Below the pieces are notes generated by a model. It had not been told where the DNA came from. It worked only from the letters and a program-made list of their open reading frames with translations, and searched no databases. A stretch of DNA of 36,223 nucleotides, from positions 45,555 through 81,777 of the forward strand of contig DBVW01000010.1 in assembly GCA_002308495.1 (NCBI GenBank), in the 5' to 3' direction. A program made the position numbers and the translations under genes. Origin of the DNA: Alphaproteobacteria bacterium UBA1254. Its GTDB lineage: Bacteria > Pseudomonadota > Alphaproteobacteria > RF32 > CAG-239. Shown here one piece after another: positions 1 through 8,789 of the stretch (the first letter of the stretch is position 1; each line of letters starts with the position of its first letter).

Positions 1-362
1 ACGGCCATTTGCGTGCTGGCGTGCATTTGAAGTTCGGGATATTGTGTCTTAATCAAATGCGCAACACCCAAATCCTGCAAAATCACGGCATCAACTTTGC
101 ATTTTGAACAAATATCCAAACTTAAAATCAAATCGGAAAGTTCGGCTTCTTGAATAACGGTGTTGATTGTAACATAAACTTTGCGCCCTAAATGGTGGGC
201 ATAGGCCGTAATTTCGTTTAATTGCTTTTCATCAAAATTTGTGGCGGTGGCGCGCGCCGAAAAACTTTTAAGCCCCAAATAAAGTGCATCAGCGCCGTAA
301 TACAGCGCCGCATAAGCTGATTGAATGTCGCCGGCCGGAGCCAAAAGTTCTGTTTTCGTCAT
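1..362 (-). CDS. U32 family peptidase-like protein (RlhA/TrhP-type), 5' part; runs off the window start
   Basis: Manual translation from the ATG at 362: MTKTELLAPAGDIQSAYAALYYGADALYLGLKSFSARA...GRKVYVTINT...DAVILQDLG...HASTQM. These are classic U32 motifs. Not in the ORF track because it is open-ended. Confidence 0.9.
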   Translation of the reverse strand, partial: MTKTELLAPAGDIQSAYAALYYGADALYLGLKSFSARATATNFDEKQLNEITAYAHHLGRKVYVTINTVIQEAELSDLILSLDICSKCKVDAVILQDLGVAHLIKTQYPELQMHASTQMA

Positions 363-402
363 GCCTTTTTCTCTACTATTTTGGTCGTCAAAAGTCAAGA
401 AA

Positions 403-429
403 AAACGCACCTCGAAGGGAGGTGCGTTT
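403..429 (-). terminator. Rho-independent terminator after the 440..1015 gene
   Basis: Hairpin AAACGCACCTC-GAAGG-GAGGTGCGTTT with an A-run on the + strand (U-tail on -). Confidence 0.75.
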
Positions 430-439
430 AAATCCGAAC

Positions 440-1015
440 TCAGCGACAGACCCAAACAATCGGCCCTCTGATAAGTGCAGCGTCATATTTGGCGACTTGA
501 ACGGGAAGCGAAAGCTTGTTTTCAAAAAAATCCGCCCATTCTTTCTCCGTTAAAATGATCCCGATGTCTTCAAAAAAATCGTTTTTGAGCAAGATGGGGG
601 AATACGAATAAGATTTCTCCGAGAGCAAGCAGACCTGTGAATCGTACCCGTGATTTTCAACAACGCCGAGCGCAGCGATGTAATAAAGTCCGTTAGCGCA
701 AAGAATACGGCCTTCTTTGATATGCATCATATGATAACGGCCTGGCTCCAAAGTATACGGAATCAGTGATTTAAAGCTTATAAAGATACACATCAGCGCT
801 AGCACACAGAATATAACGCAATGAAGAGTTGCATCACTTCCGACAAGAATGGCGCAGATCACATTACCGCCGACGAAAAAAAGAGAGACAGCAATGGTTG
901 CGACAATGAGGGAAGAGTAGGGAAGATACCTGTTCCAAAACAAACACCCCCAAAAGAACGCCATCGGCAAAATAAGAGCCGAGATACACCATATCAAAAT
1001 GCCCGTATATCCCAT
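440..1015 (-). CDS. Hypothetical membrane protein (about 3 N-terminal TM helices plus a soluble domain); probable paralog of 1058..1603
   Basis: 191-aa ORF with a hydrophobic N-terminal ~85 aa, followed by a terminator. Confidence 0.7.
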   Translation of the reverse strand: MGYTGILIWCISALILPMAFFWGCLFWNRYLPYSSLIVATIAVSLFFVGGNVICAILVGSDATLHCVIFCVLALMCIFISFKSLIPYTLEPGRYHMMHIKEGRILCANGLYYIAALGVVENHGYDSQVCLLSEKSYSYSPILLKNDFFEDIGIILTEKEWADFFENKLSLPVQVAKYDAALIRGPIVWVCR

Positions 1016-1057
1016 AATACTAAATATTTAATAGGTTCGATATAAAGTATTTTTAAT

Positions 1058-1603
1058 TTACCGAATATCTTGAGAAGATACCGATGTAACATCTTCCATA
1101 ACAGCAAAACAAGGAAACGGAACATCTTCCTGTTTCGTGCTTTTTAATTTGACGGTCATAGGCTTTCCTTCTTTTGCCTTTTGAAACGCATCATCGCTTA
1201 TAACACAAACCTCAAAACTGCGCCAACCCTCCTTAATAGTGCCTAAAGCACCTTTCTTCTGCGCGGGGATAGGATGTTTTAATGTGATTTGAGAGGGAGT
1301 AATGCTCTTAAGCTGATAATGTTTGTTTGGCAAAATTGTTTTCAACCCATACACAACCCATGTCATAAAGATGACGCCATACACAAACAGATAGCCTATG
1401 ATGGCAAGAACCCAGCCGTTATGGGGCGGATAAAGGATATTGTCATAGATAATGTAGGCGGTTAACGCCAAAATCTCAACGGCAAACACCGTATCAAGCA
1501 CCTTGGCATTGATATGCAAGTCAATTTTTGAGGCATAGCCTATAAGCACATGCACAAACACCAGCGCAAATAAAATCACGCGTGAAAGAATAAGATTTTC
1601 CAT
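1058..1603 (-). CDS. Hypothetical membrane protein (about 3 TM helices plus a soluble domain)
   Basis: 181-aa ORF. TILPNKHYQL...ALGTIKEG...EVCVIS aligns by eye with TLEPGRYHM...ALGVVENHG...QVCLLS of the neighbour. Confidence 0.7.
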   Translation of the reverse strand: MENLILSRVILFALVFVHVLIGYASKIDLHINAKVLDTVFAVEILALTAYIIYDNILYPPHNGWVLAIIGYLFVYGVIFMTWVVYGLKTILPNKHYQLKSITPSQITLKHPIPAQKKGALGTIKEGWRSFEVCVISDDAFQKAKEGKPMTVKLKSTKQEDVPFPCFAVMEDVTSVSSQDIR

Positions 1604-1694
1604 AAAAATAAAGTATTTAATTGGTTTGACATAAACTTAGATAGAACTTTCTCTTTTTAGCAAGTTTGCCTCTTTATGTCAATACTTTAGTTTT

Positions 1695-1777
1695 TTATCC
1701 AATCTCTCAAGCTCGTCAAGATATGATGAAATAAGCTTCAAGCCCTTGTTCCAAAACTTCGGATCATTCGGGTTTAA
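1695..1777. repeat. 83-bp exact direct repeat, copy 1 (duplicated 3' end of the oligoendopeptidase F gene)
   Basis: TTATCCAATCTCTCAAGCTC...CATTCGGGTTTAA is identical to 2371..2453. Confidence 0.95.
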
Positions 1778-2327
1778 GTTTTTCTTTATCGTAAGATAAT
1801 ATCTTACCCAAATAATATTCATGTTGCCATTGGTTATCAAAGAAGGCGGTTTCTCTGGCTGTTCCCTCGATTTGATAGCCCAATTTTAAATATAATCCCA
1901 ACGCTCGTTTATTATTGTGGCGCACGGTTGCAAAAATACGGTGAACTTTCTGTTTAACCGCCCATTTTTCAAGTTCTTTTAAAATGTGTGTTCCAAGTCC
2001 CAAACTCGTATATTCTTCCAAAATACATAAACCAAAAGCAGCCTGAAGAACACTCCATGGATCTCTTGCTTTTTTAAGGCTGATAGACCCCTCTGCAATA
2101 ATCTCTTTTTCGTTCCAAACACCCAGGTATAACTCATCATCTGATTCGTAATGTTGAATGGATTTTTCCTTATCTTTTTTGGGTTGATTGGGATATTGAT
2201 GTGTCCAAACAGCGCCTTTGCCTCTTGAAAACTTATCAAGGAAAGTCATAACTTCTTCGTAATCTTTTGCACGAATGCGTTTAAGGGTAACTTGCTTACC
2301 GTTTTTTAAGATAATTTTTTTTGACAT
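1764..2327 (-). CDS. GNAT family N-acetyltransferase (RimJ/RimL-like)
   Basis: FGLCILEEYTSLGLGT (acetyl-CoA motif A) and VRHNNKRALGLYLKLGY.IEG (motif B). The stop codon lies inside the direct repeat. Confidence 0.88.
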   Translation of the reverse strand: MSKKIILKNGKQVTLKRIRAKDYEEVMTFLDKFSRGKGAVWTHQYPNQPKKDKEKSIQHYESDDELYLGVWNEKEIIAEGSISLKKARDPWSVLQAAFGLCILEEYTSLGLGTHILKELEKWAVKQKVHRIFATVRHNNKRALGLYLKLGYQIEGTARETAFFDNQWQHEYYLGKILSYDKEKLKPE

Positions 2328-4139
2328 TTATTTGTTCCTTTTACATGAAATCAACTGACAAGACAGTTTCTTATCCAATCTCTCAAGCTCGTCAAGATAT
2401 GATGAAATAAGCTTCAAGCCCTTGTTCCAAAACTTCGGATCATTCGGGTTTAAATCAAACGGTTTCAAGATTTTTTCATAATCACCGATGGCTGTTTGGC
2501 TCAAAAGTGTTAAATACTTTTTGGAAAAGTCCTTAACATTGCCCTCTTGATAAACTTGATAGAGAGAGTTGACCAAACAATCGGCAAATGAATAAGCATA
2601 AACATAAAACGGCAGGAAAAAGAAGTGCCCGACCTGCGTCCAAATATATTTTGCATCATCGCCGACTTCAACATAATCGCCCAAACTGTCCTTCATCTCT
2701 TCCGTCCAAATTTGGCACAAACGCTCTTCCGAAACTTCGCCTTTTTTGCGCTCATCATGCGCACGTGTTTCAAAAAAGTGGAAAGCAATCTGACGAATGG
2801 CCGTATTGATCATATCGCTGACCTTAGAAGCAATCAAACAAAGTTTGGCCTTGTCGTCTTTTAATTCTTTAAGCAAGCTTTGGAAAACAAGCATCTCGGC
2901 AAAAACGGAAGCAACTTCTTCGGTTGTCATACGCGAATATTCGTTAAGCTCGCCGTTTTTAACTCTGAGCTGATGATGACACCCGTGCCCCAATTCATGA
3001 GCCAGTGTTAAAACATCATTTTGCTTGCCGACAAAGTTTAAAAACAAATAGGGGTGTTTTGAGGCGGTCGGACCGCTGCAATAAGCCCCGTTTCGTTTGC
3101 CGTCGCGCGGAGGAACATCTATCCAGTTGTTTTTAAAGAAATCTTCGGCAATTTTCTTTAAGTCGGGCGAAAATTTCTCATAACCCGATAAAACGGTCTT
3201 AACGGCTTTATCCCAAGAATATGTTATATCTGCCGAAAAAGGCAAGGGGGCATTTCTGTCCCAATAGCTGATTTTTTTAACCCCGAGCCATTTAGCTTTA
3301 AGCTTATAAAATCGGTATGCAATGTTTTTGTAATTTTTTCTGACGGTTTGAGCCAAAGTATCAACGACTTCGTCCTTAACGTTTTCAGCCATATTTCGCG
3401 CCGAAACAGGTTTTTTAAAACCGCGTTTATCGTCTTCAATCGCCTTATCTTTCATAACCATATTGTAAACAAGTGTAAACAAAGGCGCATTTTCTTTGGC
3501 GACACGATTGAGCTCAGCGCCGGCTTTGTGCCTTATATCAACATTTTTATCGAGCAAAAATTTTGACATTTCGGCATCATTATATTTTTTGCCGTCAAGA
3601 GTGTAGACAAGACGTGAAGACGTTTCTTCATAAAGCCTGACCCATGCCTCGGAAGAAGTGACCGATTTTTCAAGGAATACCTCTTCAACAGCTTCGGAAA
3701 GCTCATGTTTCTTATATTTGCGCACACGGCTGATAAAAGGCTTATAAAAAGCAACTTTCTTATTGTTAAGCCATTCTTTGATTTTAGCTTCGGGCAATTT
3801 GTTAAGCTCTAAAGAAAAGAAAACGGTCGGCTTGGCATATTCGGTAAGTTTTTCCGAAATATTCTGATAAAAAATCATAGCCTCTGCATTTTTCATCTGT
3901 GTTGACATGTTAAGACTTGCAAATCCGCCTAACTTACCGCTTAAAAGAGCACTCTTTTCAAGCATTTTAAGAGCGCTTAAAAATTCTTCGGCAGAAAGTT
4001 TAGCCATTTTCCCTTTATATTTTTTTTGCAAAGAAAGCGCATTTTTTTTGTAACTTTCCAAATCTTTTTCAATTTGAGGGTCTTTAATGCTTTGATATAA
4101 ATCAGATAAATCCCATGCGGGTAAATTATTGTTCTTCAT
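2328..4139 (-). CDS. pepF: Oligoendopeptidase F, M3B family metallopeptidase
   Basis: N-terminal LPAWDLSDLY, WIDVPPRDGKRNGAYC, zinc motif HELGH, EVASVFAE, HFF.PFYVYAYSF. Confidence 0.93.
   Translation of the reverse strand: MKNNNLPAWDLSDLYQSIKDPQIEKDLESYKKNALSLQKKYKGKMAKLSAEEFLSALKMLEKSALLSGKLGGFASLNMSTQMKNAEAMIFYQNISEKLTEYAKPTVFFSLELNKLPEAKIKEWLNNKKVAFYKPFISRVRKYKKHELSEAVEEVFLEKSVTSSEAWVRLYEETSSRLVYTLDGKKYNDAEMSKFLLDKNVDIRHKAGAELNRVAKENAPLFTLVYNMVMKDKAIEDDKRGFKKPVSARNMAENVKDEVVDTLAQTVRKNYKNIAYRFYKLKAKWLGVKKISYWDRNAPLPFSADITYSWDKAVKTVLSGYEKFSPDLKKIAEDFFKNNWIDVPPRDGKRNGAYCSGPTASKHPYLFLNFVGKQNDVLTLAHELGHGCHHQLRVKNGELNEYSRMTTEEVASVFAEMLVFQSLLKELKDDKAKLCLIASKVSDMINTAIRQIAFHFFETRAHDERKKGEVSEERLCQIWTEEMKDSLGDYVEVGDDAKYIWTQVGHFFFLPFYVYAYSFADCLVNSLYQVYQEGNVKDFSKKYLTLLSQTAIGDYEKILKPFDLNPNDPKFWNKGLKLISSYLDELERLDKKLSCQLISCKRNK
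2371..2453. repeat. 83-bp exact direct repeat, copy 2 (within the pepF 3' end)
   Basis: Identical to 1695..1777. Confidence 0.95.
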
Positions 4140-4632
4140 TTGTCGTTTCCTCTTCTTTTATTTCGACTTCTTCGGGTGCTTGCGGCGCCTGATCTTGAAT
4201 TTTATCGACTTGCTTTTCAAGCTCAATTCTGTTTTTATTTAATTCCTCCATATCGGCAAACAAGTCAAGATGTTCCTGATAATAGGCTTTAAATTCTTCA
4301 TCATCGGTGTTTGGCTCATCTTGCAAAACGGGCTCAAAATAATAGTTCGCCCAAGGTGTTTTTTGTTCGCCTTTAAGCCACAAGGAAAAACCGTCTTTAA
4401 TAACCTTAAAATCACAAGCGTTGTTTTTAACGATAACTTTGACCGAACACCAAACGCGGTGAGATGAACAGTCGTGAAAATTGTTTATCATCTGCTTTGT
4501 GCAAAAGACAAATCCCCTTTCTTTGATATCAACACGAGGTGCGAAAAACACAAGCATTAAAAAAAGGGCATAAAGCACAAAAATCATACCGGCAATAATG
4601 CCAAACCAGTGTTTTTTTATTTTCTGAAACAT
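4126..4632 (-). CDS. Hypothetical membrane-anchored protein with 4 Cys and an acidic C-terminus
   Basis: The likely start is MFQKIKKHW at 4632, 1 nt beyond the glmU stop. It has one N-terminal TM helix and overlaps the pepF start, suggesting an operon. Confidence 0.75.
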   Translation of the reverse strand: MFQKIKKHWFGIIAGMIFVLYALFLMLVFFAPRVDIKERGFVFCTKQMINNFHDCSSHRVWCSVKVIVKNNACDFKVIKDGFSLWLKGEQKTPWANYYFEPVLQDEPNTDDEEFKAYYQEHLDLFADMEELNKNRIELEKQVDKIQDQAPQAPEEVEIKEEETTNEEQ

Positions 4633-4633
4633 A

Positions 4634-5356
4634 TCATTTTCTTTCCAAATAACTTTCAAGCATCGCGAGTTCTTCTCTCGTGTTGGCACTTGCAACTTCT
4701 TTCGGGTTGCCCTTAATGGCGGTGCATTTAAGGCCCATCTGTCGTGCAATTTCAATAGCATCGGTTAAATAATACTCACCTGCAGCATTATTTGTGCCGA
4801 TTTTAGCTAAAATCTTAAAAAGATATTTTCCGTCAAAAGCCATACAGCCGGAATTGCAGAATCTGATGGCGCGTTCTTCATCGGTAGCGTCCTTGTATTC
4901 CACAATTTTAACAAGCTCATCGCCTTTCATCTTAAGTCTTCCGTAACGGGCGGGGTCATCAGGCTCAAAGCCCAAAACGACAACCGCATAACCTTCGCGG
5001 ACTTTTTGAACGGATTTCATAAATGTTTCTTTCGTAATGAGCGGCGTATCTCCGAAAACGACCAAAACCGCCCCGTCAAAATTTTGAAGCAAATCTTTGG
5101 CGCAGTTTACGGCGTGTCCGGTTCCGAGTTGTTCGTTTTGTACACAGGTTTTATAAGGCGCAACCTCTTTTTTAACCAAATCACCGTCCGGTGCAATAAC
5201 GGTTACGATTTCATCGGCTTTTAACTCTTCCAAAGTGTCAATAATGCGTTTAATCATGGATTTTCCTTTGACGGGCATCATCACTTTAGGTAAATCGGAC
5301 TTCATACGGGTTCCTTTTCCGGCTCCCAAAATAACAGCTGCGATTTTATTGTTCAT
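4634..5356 (-). CDS. glmU: GlmU-like N-acetylglucosamine-1-phosphate uridyltransferase domain only (no acetyltransferase domain)
   Basis: ILGAGKGTRMKSDLPK, QNEQLGTGHAV, GDTPL, YGRL, IVEYKDA, CNSG, NAAGEYYLTD. The protein ends at the linker helix (~240 aa). Confidence 0.85.
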   Translation of the reverse strand: MNNKIAAVILGAGKGTRMKSDLPKVMMPVKGKSMIKRIIDTLEELKADEIVTVIAPDGDLVKKEVAPYKTCVQNEQLGTGHAVNCAKDLLQNFDGAVLVVFGDTPLITKETFMKSVQKVREGYAVVVLGFEPDDPARYGRLKMKGDELVKIVEYKDATDEERAIRFCNSGCMAFDGKYLFKILAKIGTNNAAGEYYLTDAIEIARQMGLKCTAIKGNPKEVASANTREELAMLESYLERK

Positions 5357-5451
5357 AAATTTGCCTTTCATTAAAAATTTTTATTTGATTTTAATAACTA
5401 TTATATTAATATACAAATATGTTTGAAATGTTAACATGAAGGATAATTTTT

Positions 5452-7527
5452 ATGAAAAAACTTTTTCTTGCAATATGTTTCACAATGTGTTTGTTGCTTG
5501 TTTGCCGGTCCTTTGCCGAAGTTTCGACGATTGAAGAAGCCGAAATTGAATCAAGAGAACCTAAGGCCGTAGAACCGATTAAACTGGTCGGACTTCCAAA
5601 TCCGAAAAACATCAGAGAGGTGCGCGCTTTCTTCAAAAAACGTTTTCAAACGGCAATTGTGAGCGATTCTGCAGATTTAGGCGATTTAAATAAAACGAAT
5701 GCGATGGATATTCAGCACAGTTCCGAATACATTGCGACAATGCAGGAAAAGAAAAAATCGACATTTCAAAAAATATATGAGCGTGCGCTCGGTCGCATTG
5801 ATAAGCCTCATGCTGAGTTTTCGCCCGATACGGTTTTTTATGAACAGGTCAAAAAACAAGATTTAGCCGGTAACAGACAGCTTCCGAACATAGCTGTCGT
5901 TCCGGTCAAATTGCCCAACGGCGAAAAGGTTTTAGCCCCGGCGCGTGAGCATATTCCGTATCTGTTGGTTTCTTATGACATATTGCCTACGGGAAGCGTT
6001 AATGTGGATGAAGAAGTTATTGTCGTTGCCAATGGCGAAAAGTTAAAGAACGGTCTTTTGAAATTGATGCCGAAATTTACCACCTCGCGAAGCAAGGTTA
6101 AGAAAAAACTGGATATAACACTTTTGTCTGTAACGCTTAACGGAAAAGAAGTGCCCTATCGTTTGACGGAGATTGGCAATAATATTTTGTTTGAGCCTAA
6201 AAAAACAGAAGCGTTGGAACCCGGTGTTTATACATATCGCTTCAAATATCTGCTTGATCGCAAATTGTGGTACTATGACGAATTTACCGAGTTTTATACG
6301 GATATAACGAGCGGTTATCCGAATTTGGTTATCGGCTCGGCAAATGCCGTTGTTTCGGTTCCTGACGGCAAAAGCTTTATGTCGCAGCTGACAATGACGG
6401 GTTATCCGAAATATCTGGCGACCAATCGTTCCGTTATTGCGCATTTAAGCTCAAATGCTTTGGGGTTTGCTTCTTTAACACCCGTCAATGCAGGCGAGGG
6501 GATGCACATTTTAACATCTTTGGATAAAACCGTTTTCAACAAACCGGGGTTAGGTCAGCGTTTTGTATGGTTTATAACCGACTACGGCGACATTTTCTTC
6601 GCGATACTCGGGTTCTTGGCGATATTCCTGTCTTATTTCTTTTCATGGAAGATGATTAAAGAAAACAAATCGCGTTTGAGTATACACTTTAAGCAAACCG
6701 CCTCTCTTAATCGCTACATTTTAAAGGGAATTTACGATAAACGTTCATTTGTTTCGGCGTTGCTTGACTTAGTGCGCTATAAAACGATGGATATTATCAC
6801 GGAAAACAAGACAATCATTTTGGTTAAAAAAACAGATCAAATACAAAACCTGCCGCTCGGTTTGAGAAAACTTTTGGAAATGTTATTTAGCAGAAATGAC
6901 TCATCGCTTGAAGTAAAATCGAAAAACAACTTGAAATTTGATCGGGCCGTTTCCGCACATGAAAAATACATTAAGCGATATTTCAAGTTTTTAGCATGGC
7001 GGTTGAACACGTTTTATTTGATTTTCAGCTTGTCGATGCTTGCTTTAACGGTGTTGGCGATTTCTTATATTGCGATTAATCCGCTTGAAACGTCGTTGAT
7101 TTTAACATCGGCAATTTTAACGATTATGTTTTATTTATGGATTCTGCGTTATCCGTTTGCATCTAAACTGATGAAATATATCGTATGGCCGTTGGCGGGC
7201 ATCTTTGTTTTGATAACGGTGATGTTGCTGGGTGTTTATGTCCACTTCTTTTGCGCATTGCTGATTGCGGCAACGGTTTATGTCATTCTTGAATATTCTT
7301 CAAGACTGTCGGCAAAGAACGGTTTAATCAAAAACAAAATGCTGGATCTTGAAAAATTGAAAAAATATTTAAGTGTGAATGCGCCGCTTATTTCAAAAGG
7401 TGTTGAGTTTGAAATTCAACAGCCGAATATTTTTGCTTTTGAACTCGAAGACAAATATGAACCGAATACAAAAAATGAAGAAATATATCGGCTGGATTTA
7501 GCAAAAGAAATTTTGAAACTGATTTAA
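5452..7527 (+). CDS. DUF2207-family membrane protein with signal peptide
   Basis: Signal peptide; periplasmic beta domain (G.VNVDEEV.V, LEPGVYTYRFKY, EFYTDITSG, GEGM); TM helices near aa 380 and 520-615; own terminator. Confidence 0.7.
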   Translation: MKKLFLAICFTMCLLLVCRSFAEVSTIEEAEIESREPKAVEPIKLVGLPNPKNIREVRAFFKKRFQTAIVSDSADLGDLNKTNAMDIQHSSEYIATMQEKKKSTFQKIYERALGRIDKPHAEFSPDTVFYEQVKKQDLAGNRQLPNIAVVPVKLPNGEKVLAPAREHIPYLLVSYDILPTGSVNVDEEVIVVANGEKLKNGLLKLMPKFTTSRSKVKKKLDITLLSVTLNGKEVPYRLTEIGNNILFEPKKTEALEPGVYTYRFKYLLDRKLWYYDEFTEFYTDITSGYPNLVIGSANAVVSVPDGKSFMSQLTMTGYPKYLATNRSVIAHLSSNALGFASLTPVNAGEGMHILTSLDKTVFNKPGLGQRFVWFITDYGDIFFAILGFLAIFLSYFFSWKMIKENKSRLSIHFKQTASLNRYILKGIYDKRSFVSALLDLVRYKTMDIITENKTIILVKKTDQIQNLPLGLRKLLEMLFSRNDSSLEVKSKNNLKFDRAVSAHEKYIKRYFKFLAWRLNTFYLIFSLSMLALTVLAISYIAINPLETSLILTSAILTIMFYLWILRYPFASKLMKYIVWPLAGIFVLITVMLLGVYVHFFCALLIAATVYVILEYSSRLSAKNGLIKNKMLDLEKLKKYLSVNAPLISKGVEFEIQQPNIFAFELEDKYEPNTKNEEIYRLDLAKEILKLI

Positions 7528-7533
7528 AAAAGC

Positions 7534-7559
7534 GGCCCCGCTGGAGAGCGGGGCTTTTT
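7534..7559. terminator. Bidirectional terminator between convergent genes
   Basis: GCCCCGCT-GGAG-AGCGGGGC followed by TTTTT, with an A-run upstream. Confidence 0.75.
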
Positions 7560-7570
7560 CTAGGGTTTTT

Positions 7571-8215
7571 TTAAAGTTTTTTGATAGCGACGACCTCGTT
7601 CGGATAAATCGTGTAAACGCTGTAAACGAAATGATCGCCGATAGTGAGGCTTTGCGAGTTCGTTTCGACAAGCTTGCTCGTCTTAACATAAATCAGGTTG
7701 CCGTCCCGTGTTTCAATGAGACACGTTTCAATCGGTTGAAAGAGAGAGGCATACCTCATGTTCAAGACGAACATATTCCTGACATCTGCTTCAATCGGAT
7801 CAGAGGCGACCAGATAGGTGCCGAGTTCCGGTTTGTTGGCGTTCACGCGGGCAGGATCACCGCCATAGGTTCTCTGCTTGTGGATGACGGCAATCTCGTC
7901 GGTGCAGTTTGCGTAATATGAGAACATAATCGCATCACCGAGGTGAAGTTCTCCGTCAAAATTGAGCCGGCGCAGGTAGAACCACTTTCCGTCCTCAAGC
8001 TGCAAAACGTAGAGCTTGAAAGGCAGGAGCATTTCCTGGCGCATCGTAATGGCCCAAAGCTGAGTGATGGTGTGAAAATGCGATTCGTCGTTGTTGACGA
8101 CGGGTTGCTGCTCTTCCGGAATCTCCTCGGGGGGCAGGGCGGGCATTTCCTCAGGCGTGCAAGCAAAGGCGGACACACAAAACCAAATAACACCGAAAAA
8201 TAATACTTTTTTCAT
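7571..8215 (-). CDS. Hypothetical exported protein (possible lipoprotein) with two internally repeated small beta domains
   Basis: MKKVLFFG...AFAC signal; Pro/Glu linker; two similar ~55-aa segments. Confidence 0.7.
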   Translation of the reverse strand: MKKVLFFGVIWFCVSAFACTPEEMPALPPEEIPEEQQPVVNNDESHFHTITQLWAITMRQEMLLPFKLYVLQLEDGKWFYLRRLNFDGELHLGDAIMFSYYANCTDEIAVIHKQRTYGGDPARVNANKPELGTYLVASDPIEADVRNMFVLNMRYASLFQPIETCLIETRDGNLIYVKTSKLVETNSQSLTIGDHFVYSVYTIYPNEVVAIKKL

Positions 8216-8260
8216 GACACATTATAATTTAAGTTAAACAATAATCGGATTTCTGACGCC

Positions 8261-8288
8261 ATTATACACGTTTTTGACAAAAAGTAAA
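8261..8288 (-). promoter_or_regulatory. Sigma70-like promoter for 7571..8215
   Basis: TTTACT-N16-TATAAT on the - strand, just downstream of a terminator. Confidence 0.55.
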
Positions 8289-8302
8289 GAAAATTTTAAA
8301 AT

Positions 8303-8337
8303 AAAAAAACCTTGCCCGAAAGAACAAGGTTTTTTTT
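8303..8337 (-). terminator. Rho-independent terminator of the lipoprotein gene
   Basis: AAAAAAACCTTG-CCCGAAAGAA-CAAGGTTTTTTT. Confidence 0.8.
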
Positions 8338-8350
8338 AACATACAAAAGA

Positions 8351-8659
8351 CTATTGAGCGGTTGTGGCTAAAGTCCTCAAATTTGAAATGATATTTTCGG
8401 CGGCGGTTTGCGATTCGGCGCTGATACCGGCAGATTCGAGCGCCAGTTTTTTCATACAGGTTTTGACCAAATCGGTGGCTGTTTCTCTAATCGTGTTTGT
8501 AAAGAGTGTTCCTGCCGTATATCTGGAGTTTGCTTCCGAAAACATACAAGCTTTCATTCTTGTTGATGTCGTGCCGCTCGCAGCTGTTGAAGAATCTGAT
8601 GCAACCTGAGCGCAGCCGGCGAGCAAAACGGCAACGGTTAAAATGGCTAATTTTTTCAT
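8351..8659 (-). CDS. Small lipoprotein of unknown function
   Basis: MKKLAILTVAVLLAG|C lipobox; SD AAAGGA; two further Cys residues. Confidence 0.8.
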   Translation of the reverse strand: MKKLAILTVAVLLAGCAQVASDSSTAASGTTSTRMKACMFSEANSRYTAGTLFTNTIRETATDLVKTCMKKLALESAGISAESQTAAENIISNLRTLATTAQ

Positions 8660-8751
8660 TTGAAAATTCCTTTTGTTTAAAAGTTAATGCAACAAGCCAT
8701 ATACTAGCAACAACGAAAGAAAAACAAAAGAAAATGCTTTAAGTTATGAGC

Positions 8752-8787
8752 AAAAAAAACGTCCAAGCTTGTGGCTTGAACGTTTTC
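8752..8787 (-). terminator. Terminator after 8790..9257
   Basis: AAAACGTCCAAGC-TTGTG-GCTTGAACGTTTT hairpin. Confidence 0.7.
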
Positions 8788-8789
8788 TT

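Noticed and set aside
4633-4761. Upstream extension of track ORF 4126..4761 overlapping glmU, considered as a frameshifted GlmU C-terminal domain
   Set aside because: The downstream protein has a TM helix and no hexapeptide repeats. The ATG at 4632 next to the glmU stop is the simpler start.
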